Shown: piece by piece, positions 12,031 to 25,435 of the stretch
Layout: each line of letters opens with the position of its first letter
How positions within the stretch are numbered: the stretch's first letter is position 1
Assembly (NCBI RefSeq): GCF_009834535.1
Contig: NC_045697.1
Span: 79,920,001-79,984,000 of the forward strand
Length of the DNA stretch: 64,000 nt
Source of the DNA: Camelus ferus
Taxonomy: Eukaryota
Reading direction: 5' to 3'
Position numbers and translations under genes: made by a program
The notes under the pieces: generated by a model
The model's input: the letters and a program-made list of their open reading frames with translations, nothing else
Database searches by the model: none
What the model was told of the DNA's origin: nothing

Positions 12031-14344
12031 TTTTAAAAGATCACATATTTTAAAAAGTACATCTAAAATTTCTGCAAATGGTAAACTTCTTGGAAGCAGA
12101 TTATTCTTCTCACACTTATTAGTTTCAGGATGTGGCGTAATGCCTTGCTCATATATGATTGGAGGCTAAACATATGCATGTATCCTCTTCAGGTATAAGA
12201 ATTAGCTTTGGTGTGTATTCCAATCATTCCTAACAGTAGATATTAACATTGATAATAGTATAAATAATAATGTTGACTCCTGGGCACTGTCTCTGGTGCA
12301 TTGTGTACATTATCTCTTTTGATCTTCATTTGCTCTGTCATTATCGATGATAAACTGAGACAAAGATGATCATTCACTTGCTCATAATTTTCATCTCCAG
12401 GCAAAACTGCTTTTCCTAGTTCACATAACAGTTCTACCTCTGCTACAGACCCCAGAGAATAATTTTTCAAATTTCTTTTTCTTCTGGCCCAAACTGTATT
12501 AGGGTCCAAGTGAGCTGATTCTCTTGAAGTGGAATCCATGCAAAAGGTTTAAGGTGAAAAATTTTTACTTAGTCCTTTTTGTGAGTTATAAATGCTCTCT
12601 TTCTGCACAGTGTTCAAAATATGAACATGTGCTGTTGCTACCAAGAAAATCTGGCCTGAGAAATCTCCTCTCTTTAATTTTCTCTACAAAAATGTGACTT
12701 CTTGTTTCTCATATAAGGGTATTTTTTTTCTTTAGATCTTTATTGCAGTCTCTATGTAAAATCATTAAAATCAGAATAACCAATATAATAGAATAAAATG
12801 ACCTTAAAAATATGTATTTGTTTTTTGATTTTACAAAGCAAACTGGCTTCTGTTATGTATATTTTACTACAGTTAAAGGAAAAGGCAAACTGAATCCTAG
12901 AGTCAGTGATATCTCTGCAGAGCTAAGTAAAATTGTGGAGAGTGGATAAAGTAGGACTTGTGATCAGTTGCAGCTCTCTATCTTTTACCTTATTCAATGA
13001 AGTGCATAATGTTTGAGTTACCTGATAGTCATATCTAGATAGGAAAATGCAATTTCATTAGAAGAAAGGATGGGTTAGAAGCTCCCAGGAGACACTTTAA
13101 AAAGTGTGTGTCCAGGGAGCTGAGTTTGGCTTGGAATATATTTCAGATGCCAAACAACTACAGCCCAATCGTAGTATCTTGCACTTAGACTCTTAATTTT
13201 AAAAAGTGTTTTCATGTGTTATTTAATTTCATTTTATCTTTCTAATGATGTGAATCAGCAATGATTATTTTCCTTTTGGATATGGGTAAAATTGAGGCAC
13301 AAATAGGAAAACCAAGGTCTTATTACAAAATAGTGATGGAGCCACAGACCTATGGCCATTTGGTATGGACCCATTCCTTTTAGTTATCTTCAGCATAGTA
13401 TACTGTTTCCCATTTAGCTGTCTCCATACCTTCTGTCTCCACCGGAGAGATCCAAGACCCTACCTACCTACCATGAGGGCCAGGTCCCTGACTTAGACAC
13501 CATCCATTCTCTCTTGGTCTGGTCACTCTGGTGCGGGGACACTAAAAGCATTGCACAAAAGCAGGCAACTAGGAAGTTTACCCTTTAGGGATTCATGAGC
13601 CCTGTGACACTCAGTCACACATTCTCTTAGAGTATTCTTTTACCAAATGATTTTTAAAACCTGGAAGACTATATTTTCTGAAATATGGTTTGTGATCATT
13701 TTCATTCGTTTTTCTGATCTATGTCTATACTATTGTACTTTTTCTTGGAATTTCTTTTGTGTTTAGTGTGTTTTGTGTTTAGTCCTTTTATGAGAACTTC
13801 AGGTACACTATATTTTTCTTTTTATTTTATTTTAATGGTAAGTGAGTCCAAATAAAATATTCTGATTTGGTATTCTTGATCCTATATTTTACTGAAAATT
13901 TACTTCTATTTTCATTGAATCCTTTTGCCTACTTTATGTTCACCACTCTTTGTTCTTTCAATCTTGGAGATTTCATTCCAGAAGAAGACTTTTCTATTTG
14001 TAACATGGACATGATCAGGCTATTATTTTATTAGCTTTCAGATATTTAGACCATGACCATTAATGCCAGTTACAAGGTTGCATGGCCACTGATTACACGT
14101 CCAGAATTTTAGGGGTGCATACACCTACTACATGCAATGATAAATGTCTTTTCAGGTGTAGTTTCCAGTAATTTTTTCTTCATTAGCTCTTGCTCATTGT
14201 CATGAAGAATTTGAATTGGACTGTGAAGAGGAAGAAAGCCTACACAGTTGGCCACCATGCCCATTACACTGAATTGCTTCCGTATGGCCATCAAGCCATC
14301 CTTGGCTCTTAAAGTAGAAACTCATAGTGGAACATCCCGTTCTG

Positions 14345-14345
<1 letters not shown>

Positions 14346-14392
<47 letters not shown>

Positions 14393-14407
14393 ACACAGAC
14401 ACACACA
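14346..14407. repeat. (CA)n microsatellite
   Basis: Direct reading. Confidence 0.95.
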
Positions 14408-15283
14408 GTATGAAGTGGGATCTCTCATCACAGATTCCAAAATAAGGTTTTGTTTTCAGCTTCCCTCCCACAAATGTATAAATATGGTTCTTTCTTAATC
14501 GGTCTGTTGGTTTTTTGGAAAATTACTGTTGTAATATAAATTTTCTGAAGTTAAGATGATGGCATGTACTTGCATTTGACCAGGAATAAGAAAGAAATCA
14601 GGACATTTTTGTTGTCTTTTTGACTCTGAAAATCAGTTCATTGGGTGATTCCAAGTTTGCAAAAGCATCTGTGTTCCTTGATATTCCAAGTTAAACAAAG
14701 GAAATATGCTTTCTTCACTCTCCAGTATGCTTGGAGAAATGATGAGAATTGATGTCTTTAAAAATTTGCATTGGATAGAACTATTTTCTCAGATCCCAGT
14801 AGAAAAATAACATTAAAATTACAAGTCTGCTAAATACACATACACATATCTGAAAAGACATGATACTATTTTCATTTGTAATAAGATAAAGCAATTTTTC
14901 AATTTTGAAATAAAATTAATACACATATTTTGTCTTTATGCTCATTTATCTGGGTACAAGTGGGATGGAAAGTGAATACTAGTTGTCATTTTGTCCTGAA
15001 ACCTGAATGAATTAAGGCCTAAACATCATAAAATCTAAATCTTTGGTAAATGTTCCATTTATTTATTCCTTCACAAGCCTATCTAAGTCCAATATTATTG
15101 CATTTTAAAGGAACTAAATTTGTAGTGAGGTAAGACTTGTAGGGAGAAGAGTAAAATGGCAAAGATAGCTCCAAATTTCTCTTAATAATATAGAGCTCAA
15201 ATTTCATACAGGAGACCCTTCTTTTTCTCTCCTTCCAAGTTAATATGAAGGATAAGCTACTCTGGCAGTAAATATATAAATAG

Positions 15284-16207
15284 AAAAAATGCTCAATATT
15301 GCTAATTATCAGAGAAGTGCAAATCAAAACTGCAATGAAATATCACCTCACACCAGTCAGAATGGCCATTATTAAAAAGCCCACAAATGATAAATGCTAG
15401 AGAGGGTGTGAAGAAAAGGGAACCCTCCTACCCTGTTGGTGGAAATGTAGTTTGGTGCAGCCATTATGGAAAACAGGTTGAAGATTCTTTAAAAATCTAA
15501 AAGTAGACTTATTGTATAATCCAGCAATCCCATTCCTGGGCATATATCTGAAGGAAACTCTATTTTGAAAAAATACATGCACCTCAGTGTTCATAGCAGC
15601 ACTATTTACAATAGCCAAGACATGGAAGCAACCTAAATGTCCTCTGACAGATGATTGGATAAAGAGGATGTGTGTGTACACACACAGACGCGCGCGCACA
15701 CACACACACACAAAATGGAATACCCCTCACCCATAAAAAAGAATGAAATGATACCATTTGCAGCAACATGGATAGACTTAGAGGTTATCATACTAAGTGC
15801 AGTAAGCCAGAAATACAGGGAAAAATGCCATATGGTATCACTTGTATATGAAATCTAAAAACAACAACAACAAAAATGACACAAACTTATTTAAAAACAG
15901 AAATAGACTTACATAGAAAAAAAACTTATGGTTACCAGGGATGGAAAGGGGTGGGGAAGGATAAAATGGGAGTTCAGGATTCACAGATACTAACTACTAT
16001 ATATAAAATAAGCAACGAGATCTTACTGTACAGCACAGGGAACTATATTCAATATCTTGTAATAGCATATAATGAAAAAGAATAGGAAAAGGAATATATG
16101 TGTATATAACTGAATCACTATGCTGTACACCAGAAACTAACACAACATTGTAAATTGACTATGCTTTAATTAAAAATAATTATCAGTGAAAAACAAACAA
16201 AAAAGTT
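15284..16207 (+). mobile_element. 5'-truncated LINE-1 (3' end of ORF2 plus 3'UTR)
   Basis: Typical L1 ORF2 C-terminal sequence (atatcacctcacaccagtcagaatggcc; IKKNEMIPFAATWIDLEVIILS) and artiodactyl-type 3'UTR (tgtacagcacagggaactatattcaatatcttg), followed by an A-rich tail. Confidence 0.92.
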
Positions 16208-16602
16208 AAGTAAAATAAAATAGAGCTGTAGCAGTCTGCCTCTTACTTCAGATCTCACAGCTGAATGTGTCTGTTCCACAACAACTAAGATGCTAAGTGG
16301 AACCATCAGGAAGACCTCAAAGCAATGATCCTTCAAGGCAAGGATCGCAGAAAAAAACAAATTGTAAAAATGTGATAAAACTTACCAATAGAAAATTGTT
16401 GGAAGTAATCATTAACCCCTTCCTCCTTCCCTCACTCACTCAGCAGGTATTTGGGGATTTAAGGTGTGCTGTCTAATGCTTGCCAGAGATACAGTGATGC
16501 AGTGGGGGTGGAGGTGGTGGAGTCTGAGGAAGTGATGTCTAAGTGGCTCTCTTTTTTTATACTCATAGATTATTTTATTTTTTTAGTTTACTTTTCCCCC
16601 CG

Positions 16603-17588
16603 ATTTATTGAGGTTTAATTGACAAATAAACTGTGAGATATATGAAGTGTGTCGTGAAACAAGTCAGGCCAGTGTTGTGGGCGATAAAAGAATTTACCAA
16701 AGACAAAGAATGAGAACAGGAAGGGGGTTTAGTAGTTACGCTGTCACAGATAACAGTGGACCACAGAGACAGAGGTGCCTGTGCGAGCACCGAGGGCCGG
16801 TTGTTTGGGTCTTTTATAAGGTCAGGTCACAAGGTGCCTGATTGGCTCATGCACAAGTCTCTGATTGGTTGTAGGTGAGGTTAAGAAGTTTAGGGTTTGT
16901 GAAGGGTGATGGGGTTTATGACTCTGATAAGGTGAGCTGAAACAAACCAGCCTGAGCTATTGTGAGATTAGGCATTACCTAGGGCTATTAGTTTGTTAGG
17001 GCAAACATGCCCAGGGAAGAATGTATTTTACCTGTTTAGGAATCTCAGGCAGACATCTGAGGTCCCAGGAATGGGAGTCTTTGGACTTTGAAGGACTCAA
17101 GTTGGCCCCACAAAGTGTACAACGTGATGATGTGATATACATGTACTTTGTGAAAGGATTCTCCTCCACCAAGTTGATGAACACATCCATCACCTCTCAT
17201 ATTTCTTTTACTTCCCCTTCCTTCCTTCCATCCTTCCTTCTGTTCTTCCTTCCTTCTTTCCTTCCTTCCTTCTTTTCTTTCTTTCTTTTTCTTTTTTTGG
17301 GGGGGAGAACATGTAAGTTCTATTCTCTTAGGAAATTTCAGTTTTATATGTTACCAGCTATAGTAACCATGTTCTACATTAGATCCTCAGACCTTATTCA
17401 TCTCACAGGTGAAAGTTCATATACTTTTACCAACCTCTATTTCTGCCCCAGGTCCTGGCAACTACTTTCCTATGCTCTGTTCCTATGAGTTTGGTTTTTT
17501 TTCCCCCTAGATTCCACATGTAAGTGATACCACGTAGTACTTGTCTTTCTCTGTCTGACTTGTTTCACTTAGCATAATGCCCTCCAGG
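16603..17588 (-). mobile_element. Older L1 3' end, interrupted by a solo LTR and a (CTTC)n tract
   Basis: tttattgaggtttaattgacaaataaa...aagtg|[LTR]|aagtgtacaacgtgatg...tagattccacatgtaagtga...ttcacttagcataatgccctcc is a reverse-strand L1 3'UTR. Confidence 0.8.
16650..17112 (-). mobile_element. ERV solo LTR (463 bp)
   Basis: TG...CA termini; 5-bp TSD AAGTG at 16645-16649 and 17113-17117; on the minus strand two CCAATC boxes precede TATAAAA (plus-strand cttttataag at ~16811-16820). Confidence 0.88.
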
Positions 17589-17599
17589 GAACTGTTCTC

Positions 17600-18420
17600 T
17601 TAAAGAAGGGAATTGATATGAAACTTAGATGTAAGAGGAGATAAAGTGTGCTGTGGGAAAATGAAAGAGTACATTCAAGAGCCTAAAAGAAATCTGGGAG
17701 CTGAAACATTTAGGGGAAATATGGTATGTATGAGGCTTCAGAGAGAAAGTCAGATCTTTTGGGACCTTGTAAGCCATACGAAGGATTTTGTTTTAAGGTG
17801 TTTATCCTAAGCCCAGTATGAGGTGGAAGTGGGAGGTAGAACAAGATAAGCTTTAGATTTTGAAAAGGTCACCTGGTGCAGTTTGGAGAACAACTTGAAG
17901 GAGGCCAGGGCAGATGCAAAGCTATTTGGAGACTATTATAGAGGTTGACTCTAGACAATAGGGGATACTAGCTTAGAATGGAGTGCTGGTGGTTTGGGTG
18001 ATGGAGAAAGGGGACTGCATTGAAAAAGATGTAAGACCTATTTCAGAGCACTTGGTGATGATGGCATATGGAAGGTGAGGAAGAGGATGGTGACAAGGAT
18101 GACTTCTGGATTTCTCCCTTACTTATCAGTGGACATGGTGATGAAGTCCACTGATACAGAGAATACTAGATAAGGACAGGGTTTTATTTTTGTTTTGGGT
18201 TTGATGGGAAGGAGGTTAGAGAACACAAGCTGCATTATATATACATCCAAGAGGAGATTTTAACGGGAAGTTTGAGCTACAGGTCTGGAGCTTAAAGGAG
18301 AATTCTGCAATGAAATGAAGACATTTATGGGTCATCTGACGGAAGTGGTTATTGAAGTAATGGACTTAAAAGAGACTGCTAAAGCAGTGAAGCCAGGGAA
18401 AGGTGAAAGAGGGTCTAGGT
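17600..18420 (-). mobile_element. Degenerate L2 fragment
   Basis: Purine-rich sequence with L2 motifs (tttgaaaaggtcacctgg, aaggatgacttctggatttct, caggtctggagcttaaaggag). Confidence 0.6.
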
Positions 18421-18624
18421 TTTAGGGAAATTTTTCATATTGAAGGAAATGAGATGATGAAGCAAATTTTGGACATATAGCCAAAAAATTGAAAAAGTTC
18501 TAGTAATTGTCCAGAGGACTCTGAGTCTTTAACGTAAAATGTGTGAAAAATAGCAGGCTTCGAAAAATTAGAATGAGAACCAACCAAGGCCAGTGTAATA
18601 AGCATTTGATTTTAACTTGACAGG

Positions 18625-18870
18625 CTTCAGCGTAGCAGTAGTTAAGATCAACAACTTGGAGTCAGATAATCTGGAATCCTGAATCCTGCTCCAACACCCA
18701 CCCACTAACCTTCTGCTTTTGGACAAGTTACTTATCATATCTATGCCTGGATTTACTTACCTGTAAAACAGGGGTCTTTCTAGTACATAAAGTTTAGGGT
18801 TATTTTGACGCTCAAAGGAACTAGCACCATCCATGGCATGTAGTAAGCACTCTCTGTTAGATACCGTTGT
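18625..18870 (+). mobile_element. MIR SINE
   Basis: ggagtcagata...ggacaagttactt...tacctgtaaaacagggg...tggcatgtagtaagcactc. Confidence 0.65.
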
Positions 18871-21679
18871 TATTTTTATTGTTTTTGGTGTTAGGGTCAT
18901 GGGCATGGGAAGGCTGTTTCACTATGTGGGAAGCAGTGGTTCAGTTGTTACTGACTCATTAGGTCCTGAATGACTTTCCCTTTGTTTATTAGATATATCA
19001 ATTCTTAAGAATAAGAGCATAGGGCAGTCTAGGTTTGCATTCACAAGTCAAGCACAGCAGAAAGGAGGGGAGACCAGTGTGAACTAATAGAAACCTGGGA
19101 ACTTAACTGATAAAAAAGAGAAGCCCAGAGACAATAAAAAATATCCAGCTATATCAGATTTACAGCTTCTACTAGCATGCCTCTTTCAACTGGTCTGAGC
19201 AAAAAAGGATTCTTGTTTCAATGTGCACACCATGTATTGCAGCTAATGACAAAAATTCTACCAGTCATGGATTTGTTCATTGTTCTCGTTTATAACTAAC
19301 ATTTGATGATTGCACCGGCTGCAAAGACTAGAGGTAGCCCTTCTTTTCCTTCTTTATTCTAATGCCATTGATCAGCAATCAAACAGCTTTGCATTTTGGA
19401 ACTAGGTTCCACATACTACATCTTACATAGATACTTTGATGTTCTTTCTGTTTTCTGAAGATATTTGAAAAGTTTTTGACCTTCTAAATTAGCATTGTGC
19501 TTTGTGCTTTAACAAAAATTGTAGAGGCAGTAGGAAGGGGGACAGTATTCTATTTTGAGGATGTCTCCCATGGATGAACTACTAAGTAGTTGGCCTTATT
19601 TGGGGAGTATGAGTTCCTTGCATTCTCCCCATATTATGCCCCTCACTAAATTATTGTAGTTTAGAACTGGAAGGGAGTATTAAAGACATTGTATCTATAG
19701 CAGTTATTATATGAATTTGAAGTCAACACAGTCAGGTGTCTTACCCAGAGTTGTATTGGTGACCCTAGTCTTTTGATATCTGGTTAAAAAGTTACATATA
19801 ATTTGAGTATCTATTTGTCTATCTGTCTGTCTGTCTATCTACCTTTCTATCTATCTATCATCAGTCTTAACTTCACAAATAACACGTGAATTTATACTTA
19901 AACAATCAAAACAGTGCAAAAATATATGTCACAAAAAGCATAATTCCCCTTTCCCATCTACCATGCCCTTCCTCAGAAGTAATTATTTTTCTAGTTTCTT
20001 TCTATGCAGTTAAACTCCCTTTATGTCACATTATGACGCTTCATGAGCAATTACACTTTTATTGTTCTTTGATGGAATTTTTCAGGTGTGCATGTCTAAA
20101 AATCTGAAAAGCATAGGAGATTTATTGAGAATATTTTATTATTCTTTGCTGCATTATTTGCACAGAGATCAGGCATTGCTTTCTTCATTTTATAGAGAGG
20201 AAACTAAGAGTTTAGATAACACTCATGGTCCCAGGTGATTTTTTAGTACTCCAAACATTGATTAATTACAAAACCATAGAAAGATGAACATTAGCATCTA
20301 CGTTATGTTTTAATTTTTTTTAACTTGATATTTGGTGCAATTCCTCATAATTCTTTTTCAAGTCCTATTTTAACCAATATCTTAAGTATGCATTTCCTTA
20401 ATTGCAGTGCTTAATAATTTATTGAATATTTTACTATAAATTTGGATACAAATATATTACACTGTTAACTATAGCTAACTGTTGATGTGTTGTAACTGAA
20501 ATCTTCTGATTATTTCTACTCTGTTGAATGCATGAAAGAGAATACATGTTTTTAAGGCATTAAAATTGCCAGTGATCCCTTTTGACATAGCATAGGTAGG
20601 CAGCATACCGAAGTGGATAGGAATACAAATTCTGAAGCTAGATTATCAAACTCTTCTACTTTCTACTCATGTAACAATGCTTCAGTGTCTTCTTCATAGA
20701 AGTTGTTGTGAAAATTAAATTGTTTTATTCACGTACAGCATGTAGAACAACACTGGCACGAGAGCTGAATGACTGGTAGCTGTCATTGTCGCCAGATTCA
20801 GTGATGGGGCATTTGTGTAAGGACAGCCGTTCTGCAAGCCCATGGCTGTCTGTTCTTAGCATGGTGAAGAATGCAACTGCCAGTTCATTGATGTAGGTTT
20901 TGCTACTAAAAGTGAAATCTATAGTTCAAATGACTGGCTTTTCCCACATGCTCTTTGAAACACTGTCAATTTGGGTGCATGAGGTTGCATTATCCTAAGC
21001 GCAGATATGATAGTCATTCACTAGTTTAAGCAATTCAGTGATCAGGACTTTTAGTGTACAAACATCAATCACTTAGAGACACTTGCAGCTTCATAAAAGC
21101 TTCATTAAAGAATAAGAATTCTCAACTTAGGTATTCTGGATGGTGAAAATTAAAGTACAACTAACTAAATGTGGTCATAACCAATTATTATTTTTAAAAA
21201 TCACTTTCAGAGGTGAATTCCAAATGTGGAAAATTGTAAATAGAACACATAAACCTAAAAAGTATTGTTTACATTTGCTTATGGTACAATAATAAAAAGA
21301 TTTTTGAAGCATTTAAAATATAGCAGTAGTATACTGTAGTTAGAACAAGTAACAGTGAGGCTAGTTACAAGTGGAAGGTGTAGAGAAACAACTTTAAATA
21401 GTTTAAAAAAATATCTAATGTGTTTGATCGATATGGGTTGATTTTCATTAAATGTAAAGTTCTATACCACACCTATTATTTGGGCAGATACCACTTTTCA
21501 GGATGAATTGGTGATATATTATGGGTCATTTTAGCCCTCCACTACACATGTTTTTGTATCTAAGATTTTAATATTATTTAAAATGATGTGTTAAATATGT
21601 ATATAAATTAATAATTTTAATTTTAATAACTTAAAAAATTACCCAACTAGTAATATCAGGCTGCTCTTGGAGGAAATAT

Positions 21680-21900
21680 ACCAAAAGCCACTGCAAAAAT
21701 CAGTCTAAATGGTAAAGTATTAAAAGTATCCTCATTAAAGCCAGTAACAAGAAAAAACTCTTGTCAGTGATGCTATTCAGCATTGCATTCAAGCCCTAGC
21801 CAATGCAATGAAATAAGAATATGAATGGGGGGAAAAAAGACAAAAATGTGGTTTTATAGAAGATATAATTATTTAGGCAATCCAAAACTAATCAATTGTT
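21680..21900 (+). mobile_element. Ancient L1 ORF2 (RT region) fragment
   Basis: aatggtaaagtattaaaagtatcc...attcagcattgc...cctagccaatgcaatgaaataag resembles degenerate L1 RT sequence. Confidence 0.55.
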
Positions 21901-22689
21901 AAAATATGTTTACATTCACTAATTTATTAAGTACTTACTGTCTGCATAATTTTGTCCCATGCCTCACAGAAATGTCCTTTCATGGTATTCAGCTAAGATA
22001 GTCTTCAGTATGAAAGCTGAAATGAATTATTCTCTTAAATAATTAAAAAGTTAAATATGGAAGCAAAGTAGTAAGTTTCATATCTAAAAATGGTAGCTTA
22101 GGTCTTTAAATATTCAATATGAAATTAGATTTGTGAAGCACAGTCTAAAGCTTCATCAGAGTGTGCTCATGTAACTGACTTCAACCAGATTTTTTGTTCT
22201 TTTCAAATCATTGGGAAGTTTTTTGTTTAATGGTTTTAAAAGATCACAAAGTCAAATCATTGTGAAAGTATACATCTTTTCCTTTACAACCAGCAGCCCT
22301 TTAAAATTTTCAATTTTCAGAAATTGAAACACATGTGAACCAAAAATGGCATCAAAAGACATTTATTAACTATCTGATTGTATAAGAGATTCTCACACAT
22401 GCTTGTCTGAACACACTTGGTACAATGTTTTAAACTGTAACCCTTAGACAACTTTAGGTTTAAATGACATATTGGCTTGAAGACAGGAATAGCAGGAAAC
22501 ATAAGCAGTAGAATAAAACCTTGACATTAAAATGCAAAACAGTAATGATGTATCTTTTCAGGAGAGCATGATAAGGATGTCACTAGGTGGACACAAACAC
22601 AGAAACAGGGCACATTCACTCTACTTCTGAATAAGAGAAAAAGGGCAATGAAATATGTTACTTAATCCAGGAAGTCTACGTGCAGAGAT

Positions 22690-22927
22690 GTAGACTTTGA
22701 GAGATGCCATAGTCTAGTCCTGACAAATCTTTATTCTGTCACTTACTGTTTGTGTGACCTTGGGCTTGTTACTTAACCTCTCAGTGACTCCAGTTTCCCA
22801 ACTTTAAAATAGGGATAATAATATTTACTACACAGAGTCAATATAAAGATGAGGTGGTTTAGAACCCTGTGAAGTGCTTAGAACAGTGCCTGGTACACAA
22901 TAAATGCAATGTAAATGTTAGCTATTA
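22690..22927 (+). mobile_element. MIR SINE
   Basis: tgtgtgaccttgggcttgttacttaacctctc...aaaatagggataata...gtgcttagaacagtgcctggtacacaataaatgc. Confidence 0.8.
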
Positions 22928-25351
22928 CCCTAATTATTAGGTATAATGGTATTACCTACTTAAGTTATGGAATAAGCAATAAATATTCTGGAGATCAATT
23001 GAGGGCAATATCTGTTATTTTGACTGACTGTCCATTGGAGCTGTGAGATCATTATCATCTGGAGGAGAGGTAGAGAAAAGATTGTGCAGCATTTCATCTT
23101 TAGTGATTAGCAATATATAATTTTTCCTTAGTGTGATACAGGTTCAGAGCAAAGAGCATGAAGCTGAATAATTAAAAAAAAGCACTTGCTACAAACAAGA
23201 AAGAAAAATGATTATATTTATTGAACACATACCATGTGCCACGTACTGTTGTTGCCGTTGGCGATGCAATGAAACACTTCTGTTTTATTCACTTTTTGGT
23301 AGTTAAAACAACCAAACTAAAAATATCACTTTTCTTTTGTGTTATCTTAAATAATTAATTTTCTCTTTTCTGTTTTTTTAACACAATTTACATTTCTCAT
23401 CCCAGTATTTATTTAACAAATTTTCTTAAATATGATTTAATAAAAGAGTAAATGCTTCTTTTTAATTTCTTACACATGAAAAACACATTTTGAAGGCTGA
23501 AGATAAAAAATTGCTTGCTTAGAAAAGTCCTTGTTTTCTCGCTTTCAACTGTTCAAACTACTCTCTGCATCTTCTTGGTATATTTCAAGTCCCAGCCTCT
23601 TAATACATTACTGTATATAAGGAAAAAGCAATTTTTGGCAGAATGATTTTATTACTAGTATTTGCCATAATCTTTCAATTTACTGAGAAAATCATTTAAA
23701 GCAGTATAAATTTTCACAAACCATTTTACCAATTTTTTTTGGTCACCTTCTGATTTTGTAATTAGATACTGTTTGAGGCCACCCTACAGGATGCTATGAG
23801 CAATCTCACACAATACAAGCTTTCTCAAGGGGTGTAGTTTATAGCGTTAGGAAAGGAAAACACTCTATTGACAAATCAAATTCTAATGTTAGACCTTTAA
23901 AGGTACTTACATCTAAACAACCTGATTGTGCACTTACATGATTTAGTAAAAATTCACTTGCCACAACCAAAAGAAAGATAAGAATTCTTTGATGATGCCT
24001 TATGAACACAAACTAGTTTTCCCTTTTGCAATTAGTCTGTTAAAAGATTGCCATTTGAAAGCATAATAATAATTATCTCAGCATCCATGACAATTGTTGG
24101 GCAGGCATGCTCCAGAAAGCACATCTAACAGACCAGCCTGGTGTTTGTTTCTGGGTGCATTTTGAAGCCACTGCATTCAGGCAGGACTATCAGAATATAT
24201 TTTTGTTTAAAATCTGATTTTTAATGGAAGAATAAGAGGTGGATGGGGCATACATACAGCCTCTTATGGATGAGCTTTGAAGGGTTACATCTTCCCTCAA
24301 AATCGTTTGGGTACAAATTATAGCTTTTCTAGTTTGAGATCAAGAACTCTATGCACCCAGATTTTTAAGCAGATCTAATAACATTTTTTGAAGGAAAGTG
24401 CTGCTGTAGGTACCTCTAGGTTGGAGTAGGGCAGACTCTGTCTCTGTAAGGATGTGTCACACTCGCAGTTTCAGAAATAGCATGAATCAACCTTGTCACC
24501 TCAGATGCTAATCAGAGTTTATTTTCCTGGATGAGAACTCGCTCTCCATTCAGTGCCAATTCTTCCCCTGACATATATATGCACCTGAGACAGCTCTTCC
24601 AAAGAGCAGCCTCAGGCATGTTTAGACAACCAACTTCTGTGTCTTCTCTGTCTCTTGTATGAACTCAAGATTCTAGACGGCAATCAGCAAGTTTTCTTTT
24701 CCCAGAAATGACAATTCCCACCATCTATCACATTTCCCTTATTTCTGTGGCTGCCAAATCCAAGTGTTCTTATTGCACCAGTTCATTTTGGTCCTGCTTA
24801 TCCCCCCACTGGATTTCTGCAACCAGAGTTTGTTCATAGAAGCCTTGATAGCCTTCTCTTGACTACAGATTATGTATTTTAACGATGTGTGTACCTAAAG
24901 TATTTTAAGTAACCTAAAGTTCTTTGTGAATGTGAATATGTTTGGAATTACCAATTAGAAGTAATACTCCAAAGTACACTGAGTCTGGGAACAGGACCGA
25001 ATGGTTTCATGTGTTGTCTACATGAGTTTTTGGATCATTACATTGATGTTAGTCATTCGTTGAGGTTATCTTCGGCAACTTGTGAACTCAGATGTGTTAA
25101 GCAGCTGTTAAATATTGAGTATATCACTTGGGGCTGGTTATTTTAATGAATCTATTTCCTTTCTTGGTCTCAACACTGCCTGAGAGCACTGTCTGCTCTA
25201 ACTCCCTAGCAGCTTTTAAAAGAGCTCAGATAAGGGTGAAGCAGCACAGACAAAAAACCCACACTTAGTAGGGGAAGAGGCCTATAGTAAGGCTTTTATT
25301 GCCCTTAAACTACTCTGTTGCTCAAATATTAATGGACCTGTTTATGTCCCC

Positions 25352-25435
25352 ATGTCTTGTTCTAATTTCTATTGGTGTAATATGATAGGAAATGAGATGT
25401 TGGTTATATCCCGAATTGTTAATATCACACAAAAG
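25352..25435 (+). CDS. ANK2: Candidate alternative first coding exon of ANK2 (MSCSNFYWCNMIGNEMLVISRIVNITQK)
   Basis: ATG at 25352 (further in-frame ATGs at 25382 and 25397), open to a strong phase-0 donor AAG|GTAAGA at 25435/25436, in frame with exon 5; upstream in-frame stop at 25217; unique-looking non-repeat context. No expression data available. Confidence 0.45.

Noticed and set aside
17021..17488. 155-aa ORF with a hydrophobic stretch
   Set aside because: Spans an LTR end, antisense L1 and a (CTTC)n tract; the F/L/S/P-rich segment is a repeat artefact.
24706..24840. Acceptor-like ttttcttttcccag followed by an ATG ORF (MTIPTIYH...)
   Set aside because: Terminates at TAG with no good donor; cannot join ANK2 in frame.
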